A stretch of 64,000 nucleotides of DNA from positions 6,573-70,572 of the forward strand of contig JAIBBU010000007.1 of assembly GCA_019694515.1 (NCBI GenBank), written 5' to 3'. The notes beneath the pieces are model-generated. The model saw only the letters and a program-made list of their open reading frames with translations, did not search any database and was not told the DNA's origin. Shown here in pieces: positions 45,868-56,753 of the stretch (position 1 is its first letter; every line of letters begins with the position of its first letter). Source of the stretch: Oligoflexia bacterium. Its GTDB lineage: Bacteria > Bdellovibrionota_C > UBA2361 > JBGSMV01. The translations under genes were made by a program, and so were the position numbers.

Positions 45868-46300
45868 AATAGGGTTTGCTTCTGCTTATAGATGCAGGTC
45901 GGGAACCCAGAGAACGAAATAAAGTTATAATGCTCCCCGATGCGCTAGAAACCTGTTTTAATAATCGTCAGATTCTCCTAGCTAGTTAAGGACTTAACTG
46001 TAATATATTAGAAACATGGAGAATTCATGATTGCTGAGATTTGCGAGCGGTTCGCAGGACCGTGTCAACGCTGTTATTTTAAATTTTCTCCACCCGGCCT
46101 CAAATGATAGCCGATAGTTAATTGGAGAATTCCTGTTCCCATTCCGAACTGGATGAATCTACTATACTGACAGAGTAGTTTATTTAAATTGCTAAGAGTC
46201 TGATCTGCCGGAGTCCAGCGTGCCCGCGGCGCGTGTTTTTGTTGGCTTCGCCACGCTCACTGGTTGGGCTCACTGGTTGTGTTTTGGAGGATGTCTACTA

Positions 46301-47056
46301 ATGAATCGCCACTATAGTCTGATCGTTATTCTATTTGCTGCGTTGGTCTCTGTTCAGAGCGCCATCGCTCAGGACGTCCTGCCGGCCGATAATGGGTTGG
46401 CTACATATCATACGGCTCCGCGCTATCGCGAAAGTGAGTCGCACCCATTAAGAATTCTTGCTTACGTCGCGCATCCGATCGGGTGGGTGGCGCGCGAGGT
46501 GCTGTTTAGGCCGCTAAGTTATTTTGCCTCATCCACTGAAACCACCCGAAGCGTGATGGGATACCGCGAGCCGTTCGACTATCGGCAGCCTGAGTGTTTC
46601 TCAGCCGATGATAGCATTCCGGATTGTCGGGCGATCTCGCCGTTTAACTACGACTCCGGGGCGGGCAACGCTGACACCCAGGAAACCGCGCTTAACACGG
46701 GGGATCATGTACGCGAGGTGTATATGCCTGATGTGAATTTCGACTTTAACGTTCGTACCTTGAATGATTTGGGCAAAGGTCAGGCACGCCGGATTAAGGC
46801 CATGCTTGATAAGGAGCCCAATCTAAAAGTTGTGCTTGAGGGCCACACTGACTACAAGGGTGGTGATACCTACAACGAAAAGCTGGGCATGGATCGCTCC
46901 GAAGCAGTGCGGCAGGAATTGCTGGCGCTGGGAGTACCGGCTGAAAGACTTTCAACCGTCACCTTTGGAAAGACCAAGCCGATCTTCTCCGATCAAACAG
47001 ATTGGGCACGCGCTGTGAATCGTCGTGTGCAGGTGCATGTTGACGGCGAAGGCTGA
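46301..47056 (+). CDS. OmpA-family peptidoglycan-binding protein (signal peptide; C-terminal OmpA-like domain)
   Basis: The signal peptide MNRHYSLIVILFAALVSVQSAIAQ starts at 46301, with GGAGGA 9 nt upstream. The C-terminus VVLEGHTDYKGGDTYNEKLGMDRSEAVRQELL...NRRVQV is the OmpA/MotB signature. Confidence 0.8.
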   Translation: MNRHYSLIVILFAALVSVQSAIAQDVLPADNGLATYHTAPRYRESESHPLRILAYVAHPIGWVAREVLFRPLSYFASSTETTRSVMGYREPFDYRQPECFSADDSIPDCRAISPFNYDSGAGNADTQETALNTGDHVREVYMPDVNFDFNVRTLNDLGKGQARRIKAMLDKEPNLKVVLEGHTDYKGGDTYNEKLGMDRSEAVRQELLALGVPAERLSTVTFGKTKPIFSDQTDWARAVNRRVQVHVDGEG

Positions 47057-47084
47057 GATTAGCCTTAGTCAAAATTAGATTTTT

Positions 47085-47113
47085 AGAGGCGGATTTATTC
47101 CGCCTCTTTTTTT
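47085..47113 (+). terminator. Rho-independent terminator (agaggcgga-tttatt-ccgcctct plus T7)
   Basis: A 9-bp GC-rich stem followed by tttttttg, 29 nt after the OmpA-like stop. It may also act on the convergent EEP gene. Confidence 0.7.
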
Positions 47114-47175
47114 GCCTGATCAGCACTTCGCGCCGGCTTTAAGTGCAGAGGTTAAAGTTGCAGGGCAGCGCCGTG

Positions 47176-47802
47176 CTAGAGTTCGAACTCAACAATCAGG
47201 GGTAAATGATCGGAGGCTGTCCGGGTCAGCGTAGTGCTTGGAGCTTCCACCCCTAACACTTTCATATTGGCTGTGGCGAATACATGATCGATCCGGCCTA
47301 ACCTGAACCTGCTGGGATAGGTGCGTTGCGGACGCCTTGCGGCTGAGGCCTGTTGAGTATCCTTGAGTGCCCGCACGGTTGCCCGCCAAACGAACGATCG
47401 AGGCAGGGCGTTGAAATCACCGAGCAGCAGCGCCGGCGCCGTGCAGCTAGGATGGCGGAGCCAATCCGGGCCGAGCAACGCTTCGATCTGCAGCCGCTTC
47501 TCCGCGGGGCGCAATCCCAGGTGGGTATTAATAATTTGGATCTTCTGTTCGGCGGCGCTGATCTCCACCCACAGCGCGCCGCGCGGTTCGAGGCTGGGGT
47601 TGAGTTCGAGCCCCGGTAGCGCGGCAGCCTTGATCAGACGCATCGGTAGGCGACTAAAAATAGCGTCGCCGTACTGCTCGCCCTGGGCTTCCAGTGCGGG
47701 GCGAAAGTGAAAGTTCATATCGAGCTCGTGCGCAATTTCTTCAACCTGATGCACTAAGCCGCTGCGGCTGCGCTTAACATCCAGCTCTTGAAGCGCGACC
47801 AC
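47176..47802 (-). CDS. Endonuclease/exonuclease/phosphatase (EEP) family protein
   Basis: Catalytic motifs LLGDFN and the C-terminal SDHLPLIVEFEL. Confidence 0.8.
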   Translation of the reverse strand: MVALQELDVKRSRSGLVHQVEEIAHELDMNFHFRPALEAQGEQYGDAIFSRLPMRLIKAAALPGLELNPSLEPRGALWVEISAAEQKIQIINTHLGLRPAEKRLQIEALLGPDWLRHPSCTAPALLLGDFNALPRSFVWRATVRALKDTQQASAARRPQRTYPSRFRLGRIDHVFATANMKVLGVEAPSTTLTRTASDHLPLIVEFEL

Positions 47803-47921
47803 CTCCAGTATTCAATTAATATGGCCTGCCGCGGTATGACGTATTACAGTCTGAAGCCGAATATACATAACAGAGACATGCTCATTTTTGGGAAATAACG
47901 CCGAGAACTAATACAATCGAT

Positions 47922-49424
47922 ATGCAAAGAACCAGACAGATCAATCTTCATGAAATTGCGGACGAGGCTTTGCGGGAGCGCGGACTGCGTACCGATTTCT
48001 CGGCGGAGGCCAAGCGCCAGGCGGCCGCAGTAGAACTTCCCGATTTCTCAGCATTGAAGATCCCCGATCTTTCTGCACTACCGTGGTCATCCATCGATAA
48101 TGATGATTCCAAGGATCTTGACCAGGTCGAGTGTGCGACGGTTGAGGGTAAACGTACCCGAATTCTTGTTGGAATTGCCGATGTTGCGGCCGTAATCCCT
48201 AAGGACAGTCCCCTCGATCAGCACGCCCGTAATAACACCACCTCAGTGTATACAGGGGTGCAGACCTATCCGATGCTGCCGCCGCGGCTCTCAACTGATT
48301 TAACCTCGCTGAATGAGTCGGAAAAGCGCCTGGCGGTAGTGATTGAGGCGGTGGTTTCAAAAGAAGGAGAAGTCGAAAGCTTCAAGGTGTATCCGGCGAT
48401 TGTGCAGAATAAAGCGCAGCTCACCTATGAGGCGGTGGCAGCCTGGTTAGAAGATCATCAGCCGGCGGATTCTGAAATTACTCAGCGGATGCTGGAGAAG
48501 ATCCGTGCCAACCCCGAACTACAAGCACAATTAAAGATTCAGGACGAAGCGGCGCAGGCCTTGCGCCGGAATCGGCATGAGAACGGGGCGCTGGTTTTTG
48601 GAACGCAACAACTTCGGCCAACGATCGAACCAGATGGCTCTATTCACCTGGCTGCGCAGAAATCCAATCGCGCCACGCAGCTAATCGAGGAGTTCATGGT
48701 AGCGGCAAACCAGTCGGTTTTGGAATATTTGGACTCTAAGGGCTACCCGGATCTCGAACGAATCGTCCGCGAGCCGGAAAGGTGGCAGCGTATGGTGGAG
48801 CTCGCTGCGGAGCACGATGGCGATCTTCCGGCGCAACCAGATGGTAAAGCTTTGGCTAAGTTTCTAGTGAGTCAGGAGCGTAAAGATCCCGATCGTTTTC
48901 CGGATCTGTCACTGGCCATGATTAAATTGATGGGTCGGGGCGAATATGTAATGAAGGCACCGGGTCAGAAAGGTGAGGGCCACTTTGGATTGGCGGTACC
49001 TGGTTACGGGCACACGACTGCACCCAATCGGCGCTTTCCCGACCTGATTAAGCAGCGCATTCTGCATGCTGCATTTGAAGGCAAGAAATCTCCCTATAAC
49101 AGAGCGGAGCTGCAGGAACTGGCAACGCGATGCTCCATGATGGAGCAAGCTGCCAGCAAAGCAGAGCGACAGGTGCATAAGAGCATCGCTGCCCTGGCGC
49201 TGCAGGATCGCATCGGCGAGAAGTTCTCAGGATTCATCACCGGTGCCGGTGAAAAGGGCGTTTGGGTGCGCATTGCCAATCCGCCTGTGGAAGGCAAGGT
49301 TGAAGGACTGACCGCTGGCCTAAAGGTCGGCGACCAGGTCGAGGTGCGGCTGCTCAGCACCAATGTGGAGCGCGGTTATATCGATTTCGGGGTGGTAGAT
49401 TTTGGCAAGCGGCGCCGTCGTTAA
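47922..49424 (+). CDS. RNase II/R family 3'-5' exoribonuclease (RNB domain plus C-terminal S1), lacking N-terminal cold-shock domains
   Basis: RNB motif I SIDNDDSKDLDQ. C-terminal S1 (FSGFITGAGEKGVWVRIANPPVEGKVEGL). 500 aa. Confidence 0.8.
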   Translation: MQRTRQINLHEIADEALRERGLRTDFSAEAKRQAAAVELPDFSALKIPDLSALPWSSIDNDDSKDLDQVECATVEGKRTRILVGIADVAAVIPKDSPLDQHARNNTTSVYTGVQTYPMLPPRLSTDLTSLNESEKRLAVVIEAVVSKEGEVESFKVYPAIVQNKAQLTYEAVAAWLEDHQPADSEITQRMLEKIRANPELQAQLKIQDEAAQALRRNRHENGALVFGTQQLRPTIEPDGSIHLAAQKSNRATQLIEEFMVAANQSVLEYLDSKGYPDLERIVREPERWQRMVELAAEHDGDLPAQPDGKALAKFLVSQERKDPDRFPDLSLAMIKLMGRGEYVMKAPGQKGEGHFGLAVPGYGHTTAPNRRFPDLIKQRILHAAFEGKKSPYNRAELQELATRCSMMEQAASKAERQVHKSIAALALQDRIGEKFSGFITGAGEKGVWVRIANPPVEGKVEGLTAGLKVGDQVEVRLLSTNVERGYIDFGVVDFGKRRRR

Positions 49425-49561
49425 AGGCGATTGGTCCGCGGCATTGGGCGATCCGTGACAAGTTTTCGGGTTCCCATCCGCGTGTTCCAAATTCTATTAT
49501 AAGCCTATTTGGCGCATCGCCTGCTGTGTGCAGGCCTGTGTCGGTATCTGAGTAGGCAGCA

Positions 49562-51667
49562 ATGAATCTATTAGCTCTATTCTTTGTGCTCGCGGCAATT
49601 TTTTGGTGCGCGGGCTTGCCGGCCTTCGAGTTTGCAGTGGGCGTCATGCTGCTTACTCCGATTATAGCTTATTTGGTGCAGCTGCAGTTTGGGGCCTTTC
49701 TTTGGGTTCACTTTCTAATCATGGCGCTGCTGATCGTCGCAGCCTATTTCTCGGTACCGCGCCGCCGGGAGCTGGCGAAGAGGCGCGAGCTAAAGCAGCT
49801 CTTTCCGTGCGGCATATTCGCTCTGGCATATCTGATTCTACTTTCTTTGTGTTTGCGCTGGCCCGACTTCATTGCGATGGGGGAGCGGCTTCGTGACTAT
49901 GCCATCCTGGGGTCAAGCGTGCTTGACCCCGTGCATATCAAGGAGCCCTGGATGTCAGGGGCATTGCTCTATTACTATGCCTATTGGTACCGCTTTGGCG
50001 CCATGCTGAGCACGGCTTTGGCCATGCCGGTATGGAGCACCTACCACGCTCTGGTTGCCTTTAGCTTGGCGCTGTATTTCACCTGTGCTTTTCTAATTTT
50101 TCAACGTCATTTGGGATTCAAGAGTGCCAGTGCGCTCTTTGCTGCACTATTGGTGGCGATCGGATCCAATGTTGAGGGCATGCTCAATTTCTTTCGTTCC
50201 GACAGCAATTGGTGGGGGCCTTCACGGGTAATTCCTGGAGCAATTAACGAATTTCCCGCCTGGTCTTTTCTGCTCGGCGATTTACATCCGCATTATCTGA
50301 ATCTTTGTTTCTTTCCGCTAATCTTGCTGCTTTTTTTGGAAGTCGCGAACCATTCTGCAATTCACATCCAGTTACGTCCTTCCCCCCAAAAGGTTTTGTT
50401 TTACGGGGCGCTGATCCTGATCCCCCCGCTTTGGCTCTATAATGCCAACGCTTGGGAGGTTCCAATGTGGCTCGGGCTCGTTGGAATCTTCGGACTGCTC
50501 CTCTTGGTTTCAACTCGCGGACGGATGTTCAGCATTGGCTATCGCCTCCTCCCGCATTTACGAACATTTGTCACGCCGGCGAGTCTTTTAATTGCCGGTT
50601 TAATCTTGCTGACTGCGGTCTCGCTGCTCCTCTCCTGGCCTTCAATACCCGGCGGAACTGAAAGCAAGTTTAGTTTAGTGCGTGATCCGATTCAGCGCTC
50701 GCATTCATGGAATCTAGTGCAGCATTGGGGATTACCGCTCGCCCTAATTGCAATATCTACAATCATGCTCATTCCCGATCTTAGCTGGCGCTGGCTGGGG
50801 GGCGCGTTTCTGGCGGGATCGCTGCTATTTGAGGATGGTTTGACGTTTCTTTATCTGCTGTTGTTTCTGAATTTGCTGCGTTTGATTCCTATTTTCGGAC
50901 TGGGAGCGACAAAGGCCAAACACCCCGACACCAAGAACTTGCTTTTTAATGCGGTTGGGCTCTGGAGCATCATGCTTTTGATCATACCAGAGCTGGTGTT
51001 CTTGGACGATGCATACGGCGGTGAAAACGAGCGCATGAATACGATCTTTAAGATCTACACCACCGACTGGTTCTTGCTGTACTGCTTTGCGTTCTACTTA
51101 ACGGCGCGCGCATTTGCAGCCTGGATTTCTACGGCCCATCGCCAGCGCGTCCTCCGCGTCGGTCAGGGCATCTTAGCAATCTGCTTGATCGGTTTTTTTG
51201 TACACACCGCCCGTGAGCTAAGACCCACAGTGGATCGAGCAGATGACGTGCCGACGGAGGAGGGGCTTTCGACTGTCCAAAAACTCTTCCCGGGGTCCAG
51301 CGAAACGATACGATATCTGCGCGGTTTGCCTCCGGGGGTCGTACTCGAGGCCCAGGGAAATCCCTACGATTACACCACTTTCGTGAGCACCTTGGCGAAT
51401 CACCAGAGCTTCCTTGGATGGGCCAATCACGTGGAGCTACTGACGCGGCAATACGCCGAGGTGCGGCGTCGGGATAAGTTGACCGAGGAGCTTTATCGCG
51501 AGGGTGATTGCTCCAACAAGGCCGCGGGGCTGCGTCGTGAGGGTATCGAGTATCTGGTTTACGGCAGTCTAGAGAAGCGCAAGTACCACGGAGTTGATGC
51601 CGCGAGCTTTGGATGTTTAAAGACGCTCTTTAGTTCGGGGGACTATACTCTGTACGGACTACCGTAA
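49562..51667 (+). CDS. Large polytopic membrane protein, DUF2298 (Chlor_Arch_YYY, TIGR03662-like)
   Basis: GALLYYYAYWYRFGAML is the YYY motif. 701 aa with more than 12 TM. Confidence 0.7.
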   Translation: MNLLALFFVLAAIFWCAGLPAFEFAVGVMLLTPIIAYLVQLQFGAFLWVHFLIMALLIVAAYFSVPRRRELAKRRELKQLFPCGIFALAYLILLSLCLRWPDFIAMGERLRDYAILGSSVLDPVHIKEPWMSGALLYYYAYWYRFGAMLSTALAMPVWSTYHALVAFSLALYFTCAFLIFQRHLGFKSASALFAALLVAIGSNVEGMLNFFRSDSNWWGPSRVIPGAINEFPAWSFLLGDLHPHYLNLCFFPLILLLFLEVANHSAIHIQLRPSPQKVLFYGALILIPPLWLYNANAWEVPMWLGLVGIFGLLLLVSTRGRMFSIGYRLLPHLRTFVTPASLLIAGLILLTAVSLLLSWPSIPGGTESKFSLVRDPIQRSHSWNLVQHWGLPLALIAISTIMLIPDLSWRWLGGAFLAGSLLFEDGLTFLYLLLFLNLLRLIPIFGLGATKAKHPDTKNLLFNAVGLWSIMLLIIPELVFLDDAYGGENERMNTIFKIYTTDWFLLYCFAFYLTARAFAAWISTAHRQRVLRVGQGILAICLIGFFVHTARELRPTVDRADDVPTEEGLSTVQKLFPGSSETIRYLRGLPPGVVLEAQGNPYDYTTFVSTLANHQSFLGWANHVELLTRQYAEVRRRDKLTEELYREGDCSNKAAGLRREGIEYLVYGSLEKRKYHGVDAASFGCLKTLFSSGDYTLYGLP

Positions 51668-51685
51668 TTTAAACTGGAGGTGCTC

Positions 51686-52441
51686 ATGGTTGCGCAGGTG
51701 GAACTTAGACCGCTGCGAGTTGTCGAGATCCTGGATCGTGCTTTCAAAGTAGTGAAGGAGAATCTGCAAGCTCTGATGACTCTTGCTTTGATCCCGGCCG
51801 TCTTTACGGCAGCCTCGCATGTAGTTGGCCCAGATCACATCGGCTTGATGATGTTGTTCGGGATATTGGGCGCTATCGCAGGATTGTATATTAACCTGCT
51901 TTATCTGTTCATTCTTGCAGACGGCTGGCACGGCAGCCCTAGTTCTATCAGCAGCGCACGTGAAAGGACCACTTTTGGATTGGCGGTTCGATGGTGTCTC
52001 TTGTCGGTCTGGGTGGCAATTATCGGCGGGCTGCTTTTGCTTCTATTGATCATTCCGGGTTTGATCTACCTCGTTAATCGCACTCTGGCTTATACCGTTC
52101 TTGTGCTGGAAGGATGCAGCATTTCTGAGGCGCTAAGTAACAGCAAGATGCTGATGACCGGGGAGCGCTGGTATAAGCTTAGTAGTCCTACGATGCGCTT
52201 GGGAGGCCTCTGGATAATCTTGATGGTTATTTGGCTTACCGGGTATGTTTTGATAGGGGCCTTAGCGGTGCCGTTCATCTCGGAAGCGGGAATTGTGAGC
52301 GGCATTGCGCAGGGAGCCCAGGTGTTCTTTCAATCGGTGCTCTCGTGCTTCGGGATAGCGGCCTTGATCGGTTTTTATTACGACTTGCGAAATCGATATG
52401 AGGGTCATGATCTGAGCCAACAAATCAGCCAACTCTCCTGA
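51686..52441 (+). CDS. Hypothetical polytopic membrane protein
   Basis: Start at the ATG at 51686, with GGAGG 5 nt upstream. Six to seven TM. Confidence 0.55.
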   Translation: MVAQVELRPLRVVEILDRAFKVVKENLQALMTLALIPAVFTAASHVVGPDHIGLMMLFGILGAIAGLYINLLYLFILADGWHGSPSSISSARERTTFGLAVRWCLLSVWVAIIGGLLLLLLIIPGLIYLVNRTLAYTVLVLEGCSISEALSNSKMLMTGERWYKLSSPTMRLGGLWIILMVIWLTGYVLIGALAVPFISEAGIVSGIAQGAQVFFQSVLSCFGIAALIGFYYDLRNRYEGHDLSQQISQLS

Positions 52442-53175
52442 TGCGCGGGCTTTTTTGGCTGATTATAGTGGTAGCGCTGGGGTGCTCGGCAGCATTGGCT
52501 GAAAGGCTGCCACCGGACGGGTCACAAAAGCTTACCCAAATTCTTTCTGCTCCGGAGTTTCAACCGCGCTCGGTCAACCCTGGCTGGCGTGAGCGTTTGG
52601 GACAGTACCTGATGCACCAAGCGCAGGAATTTCTCAATCGGATCGAAGATTGGGGTCGCAATAATGCCATCGATTCCTGGCTGCCGCAGGGTCTGAGGAA
52701 CTTTCTGGGTAATTTGGCCGCGATGCTAAAACAGCTGGGGGAGCTGCTCGGCGCTCTGGCGCAAACTTTGGTGCTCGTGCTCTTGCTTGCAGCACTCTGG
52801 ATCTTTGCTCGAATTGCGTATTCATATCTGCGCCCATATTTCCAAGAGTCCGGCAACATCGCGCCGCTGGGGGAAGAGCGCGCGGAGCTTACTGCGGCCA
52901 ACTTAAATGCCTATCTGAGCGCCGGGCAATACTCGGCGTTACTGGAAGGTTTACGGCTAATTTTGCGAGGCCAGTTCGAAAGACGCTATGCTCTTCAGAG
53001 CGGAATGACGGACCGTGAAATGCTAGGCGCCGCGCCCCGCGGACTTGCTGCCTTGGAGCTTTTCCGGGACGCGAGCTTGCTCTTCGAGCAGCGCGCCTTC
53101 GAGGGTGGCACTCTCGATGCTGATGCGGTCGTAAGCTTATTTGGACGATTTTGTAGAATCGCAGATCGGCCGTGA
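52441..53175 (+). CDS. DUF4129-like protein (MoxR-operon associated, N-terminal signal/TM)
   Basis: Position immediately upstream of the DUF4350-like, MoxR and DUF58 genes. One internal TM. TGATG overlap with the upstream gene. Family assignment from context and architecture. Confidence 0.5.
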   Translation: MRGLFWLIIVVALGCSAALAERLPPDGSQKLTQILSAPEFQPRSVNPGWRERLGQYLMHQAQEFLNRIEDWGRNNAIDSWLPQGLRNFLGNLAAMLKQLGELLGALAQTLVLVLLLAALWIFARIAYSYLRPYFQESGNIAPLGEERAELTAANLNAYLSAGQYSALLEGLRLILRGQFERRYALQSGMTDREMLGAAPRGLAALELFRDASLLFEQRAFEGGTLDADAVVSLFGRFCRIADRP

Positions 53176-54326
53176 AGAAACGATATGTCGCGCTGATTGT
53201 TGTAGCCCTGCTGTTAATGCTGCTGGGGCCTCTGTTTCAAAAGCCTGCAGCGCCAACTTCATTTGCCGCAAATCCCCCGGGCGCTAAAGCATTCTTCTTG
53301 TTTTTGAGCCAAGTTGGAACGCCGGTCGAGCAATGGCTCTATCCTTTTAAAGATCTCGTTCGAGCGCCGCAGGGTTCCGTTCTCATTCTGGCAGCACCAA
53401 TTACTCCCGTCGCGGGGCATCAGGGGCTGCTTGATTGGGTCAGGAAGGGAAATACTCTAGTGCTTCTCGATGACCAGAAGAATTCGATCTTTGATGCTCT
53501 TGACCTCGAATGGAAAGCGGCTGAAGGACGGCAGTTACTGATGCAAGCAGCAGGCTTCGCTGACCAGGGCGTGCCCGTCAACTGTAGCGGAGAATTCAAT
53601 TCGATCTGCGAAGGGGTGCGCTTAATCAGCACACCGCTGGGACATTTCGAAACGGTCCCAGCGGGCGCTCAGATCTTGGCAGGAACAACCGGCAATGCGT
53701 TGGCCGTCGGTATGGCGCTAGATCGGGGCAAGCTGTTCGCCTTTCCAGGGCCCGAACCGCTGCTTAATTCGAATATCGATAAATTCGATAATTTACGCTT
53801 GCTCTTTCAGATCGTATCGAGCGGCAAGCGCATCCTGATCGATGAGTTTCATCATGGATTCACGGCACCCGTTGCGGCCGAGAATGCTGCACGCTGGGAT
53901 TCGATTTTGATGCTGAGCGGTTATCTAACGCTGCTGCTGGTCCTGGCAGCCCTCAGTCGATCTGTGCGCTTTGGACCGCCGACGCCGGAGCTGCCCGCGC
54001 CGCACTCATCCAGCGTGCAGTTTACCCAGGCCCTCGGTTTGCTGTATGCCGAGAACGGAGCGCAGGATATGCTGAAATACTACCGCGCAGCGTGGAGATC
54101 GAGATTGCAGCGTGCTTTCGGAATCCCCACCAGTCTTGCTCACAGCAGTGCGGTTGAGGAGCTCTTGCACCGCCGGCTGCTGAACGCGGCCTCGGCAGCG
54201 GCTATTATTAGGACATCCAAAGCGATTGATGCAGGCGCACCTCTGGAAGCCTCGCAGCTTCAGGCGCTGGAGAGAATTTTCACAAGTTCGGGAGAGATAA
54301 ATGCAAGACCGGGAGATCATCAGTAA
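53172..54326 (+). CDS. DUF4350-like protein (MoxR-operon associated)
   Basis: N-terminal TM. Conserved ILIDEFHHG motif. Internal TM before the C-terminal domain. GTGA overlap with the upstream gene. Confidence 0.55.
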   Translation: MKKRYVALIVVALLLMLLGPLFQKPAAPTSFAANPPGAKAFFLFLSQVGTPVEQWLYPFKDLVRAPQGSVLILAAPITPVAGHQGLLDWVRKGNTLVLLDDQKNSIFDALDLEWKAAEGRQLLMQAAGFADQGVPVNCSGEFNSICEGVRLISTPLGHFETVPAGAQILAGTTGNALAVGMALDRGKLFAFPGPEPLLNSNIDKFDNLRLLFQIVSSGKRILIDEFHHGFTAPVAAENAARWDSILMLSGYLTLLLVLAALSRSVRFGPPTPELPAPHSSSVQFTQALGLLYAENGAQDMLKYYRAAWRSRLQRAFGIPTSLAHSSAVEELLHRRLLNAASAAAIIRTSKAIDAGAPLEASQLQALERIFTSSGEINARPGDHQ

Positions 54327-55284
54327 TTTAACAACCAAGGTAGTGACGCAGATTGGCGAGACCGTGCTTGGTCAAGCCAAGGTAAGCGAGCTGCTGTTCG
54401 GAGCGCTCTTGATTGGCGGTCATGTGCTGCTTGAGGGGCCTCCGGGGGTGGCCAAGACGCTATTGGCGCGCTGTTTTGCAGAAACTCTCGGACTTAGCTT
54501 TCGCCGTATCCAATTCACACCGGACTTGATGCCCTCTGATATCACCGGGGTGAATGTGTTCGATCGGGAAAGTTCGACCTTCAGATTCGCACCCGGTCCG
54601 CTCTTCGCGGACATTGTTTTAGCCGATGAGATTAATCGCACTCCCCCCAAGACGCAGGCGGCGCTGCTTGAGGCCATGGAGGAACATCGTGTGACTGTGG
54701 ATGGAAAGCCCTATGAGCTGGGTGAACTTTTTACCGTTGTAGCAACGCAAAATCCAATTGAAATGGAGGGGACCTTTCCATTACCGGAAGCACAGCTGGA
54801 CCGCTTCTTGTTCAAGCTCCAGATTTCTTATCCCGACAAGACAGCGGAACAGCAGATGTTGGAGCGATTTAGTTCCGAACCGCAGCTCAGAAGCTTGCAG
54901 CCCAGTCCCGAGCGGAGTCCTGGCCGGGCTGGCTTGCAGTTAAGTGACCTGCTAGAAGCGCGCGCTGCTTTGCGGCGGGTACGGCTGGCTCCAGCGATCT
55001 CCGATTATGTGCTGCGATTGGTCAGCGCCACCCGTACCCACGGCGCCCTCGAACTGGGCGCTAGTCCCCGCGCCGGACTCGGACTGGCCTTGGCTGCTAA
55101 GCTTAGCGCGGCGCTAGAGCGGCGTGACTTTGTGATCCCGGACGATGTGAAGAAAGTTGCGCGCCCAGTACTGCTGCACCGCCTCATTCCGAAGAGCGAC
55201 CTATACGATTCCGCTGACGGAGTAGAATCGGTTTTGGATCAGCTCCTAAAGACTACCCCAGTGCCTTCAAAGGTGGAGGGGTAA
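54301..55284 (+). CDS. MoxR-family AAA+ ATPase
   Basis: Walker A GPPGVAKT. ...ADEINRTPPKTQAALLEAMEE (Walker B/sensor). Typical MoxR length of 327 aa. Confidence 0.9.
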   Translation: MQDREIISNLTTKVVTQIGETVLGQAKVSELLFGALLIGGHVLLEGPPGVAKTLLARCFAETLGLSFRRIQFTPDLMPSDITGVNVFDRESSTFRFAPGPLFADIVLADEINRTPPKTQAALLEAMEEHRVTVDGKPYELGELFTVVATQNPIEMEGTFPLPEAQLDRFLFKLQISYPDKTAEQQMLERFSSEPQLRSLQPSPERSPGRAGLQLSDLLEARAALRRVRLAPAISDYVLRLVSATRTHGALELGASPRAGLGLALAAKLSAALERRDFVIPDDVKKVARPVLLHRLIPKSDLYDSADGVESVLDQLLKTTPVPSKVEG

Positions 55285-55291
55285 TGCGCAG

Positions 55292-56656
55292 ATGAAAAAG
55301 AACCCCCGACAGGCGCTGTTGTTGCCGCTGCTGACGGTTAGAGGGGTCACATTCCTGGCAGTTGGTTTGATCTTTCCGCTGCTTGGGGTCGCCTTGGATC
55401 TGCCGTTCAATGCAGTCGTCACGCTCTGCAGTCTTTGGCTGGTGCTCGCGTTGGTGCTCTTTGGAAGCGAGTGGCTCAAACTCAGCCGCACAGTTCAGGC
55501 GCTCAAGGTACGGCTGACCCTCCCCGGCCGGCTGCCCGCGCTAAAGGCGATCAACGCGGAGGTGCAGGTGGAGAGCCGTGTCAGCTCGGACGCCACCGAA
55601 TTGATGCTGAGATTCGCACCGGTTACAGGAGTGCGCTTCGTGCAGCCGCAGCTAAACTTCATGCTTCAACGCCGCGGTACCCTGGTCTCGCAGCCGCTGC
55701 AGATACGGCCGATCATGCGGGGCAGCGTGGAGATCGTCAACTTCGACGTGCGCGCTCGGCTGAGGCGGGGCCATCTCACTGTTCAGACGGCGTTGCGACT
55801 AGAACCAGGGGTGAGAACTGTCGTCACTCCGGCCTCCGACGGCAACGACCGTCGAATTAGACGTAGCGCGATTAAATATATCTCCGGTAACCGTCTCTTT
55901 CATTATAATGCGGGGGAGGGGCGTGAATTTGATTCTCTAAAATACTACTCGCCCGGAGAAGATCTGCGCCGGGTTGACTGGAAGCGCAGTGCGCGCAGTG
56001 ATGCGCTGCTTGTGCGACTGTATCGTCCTGAATCACACCAGCGTGTAATGATCGCCATCGATTGTAGCCGCCGGATGTCAACCCGCGTGGGGGAACGTCT
56101 CTATCTAGACTATGCCGCTGATGCTGCCGCGCATCTGGTTCAGACGGCCTACCGCTGTTCGGACCAGGTCGGCCTTTTGGCTTTTGATCATAGGCGCCTT
56201 TGCTTTCGTCCCTGTGCTCAGGGGGCCGCGCATGCCGGCAAGCTGCTTGAAGAACTGACCTCCATTCAGCCGGGAGACTTTGAGGCGGACTATCAGATTG
56301 TGGCGCAGTGTGCAGCAGCGTTGCGCCGGCGCACGATGCTGGTATTGATCACTAGTGTTTCCAATAGTGCAGCAGTCGAGAGTTTGTGCGCCAGTTTAAC
56401 ACGGCTAAAGAAGAAACATCTGCCGCTAGTGCTGGCGATCGCCGATCGTGACCTGATCGCGCTGAACAGCGAGCCGGCGCGTAGCATCGAGGAAGCTTTC
56501 ATCATCAGCGCTGCTAACCAGCAGATCACAGGGTTACGCACCCGACTAAACGGGCTGGCCCGTCAGGGTATCGAATGCGCATACGGCGATGCGCTTGAAC
56601 TGGAATCTTTGCTTGAACGGCGCTATTTCCAATTAAAGCTCGGCGGCCGGCTCTAA
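55292..56656 (+). CDS. DUF58 (vWA-like) protein, MoxR partner
   Basis: DLRRVDWKRSARSDALLVRLYRPESHQRVMIAIDCSRRM is the DUF58 signature. N-terminal TM pair. Confidence 0.8.
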   Translation: MKKNPRQALLLPLLTVRGVTFLAVGLIFPLLGVALDLPFNAVVTLCSLWLVLALVLFGSEWLKLSRTVQALKVRLTLPGRLPALKAINAEVQVESRVSSDATELMLRFAPVTGVRFVQPQLNFMLQRRGTLVSQPLQIRPIMRGSVEIVNFDVRARLRRGHLTVQTALRLEPGVRTVVTPASDGNDRRIRRSAIKYISGNRLFHYNAGEGREFDSLKYYSPGEDLRRVDWKRSARSDALLVRLYRPESHQRVMIAIDCSRRMSTRVGERLYLDYAADAAAHLVQTAYRCSDQVGLLAFDHRRLCFRPCAQGAAHAGKLLEELTSIQPGDFEADYQIVAQCAAALRRRTMLVLITSVSNSAAVESLCASLTRLKKKHLPLVLAIADRDLIALNSEPARSIEEAFIISAANQQITGLRTRLNGLARQGIECAYGDALELESLLERRYFQLKLGGRL

Positions 56657-56753
56657 AGATACAATAAATCGCCGCTAGTAGTTGCCGCACCAGCATCTTC
56701 GTATATATATATAGCAATAAGATGTTGTGCCGATCGTCGTTCCATAGAGGGGC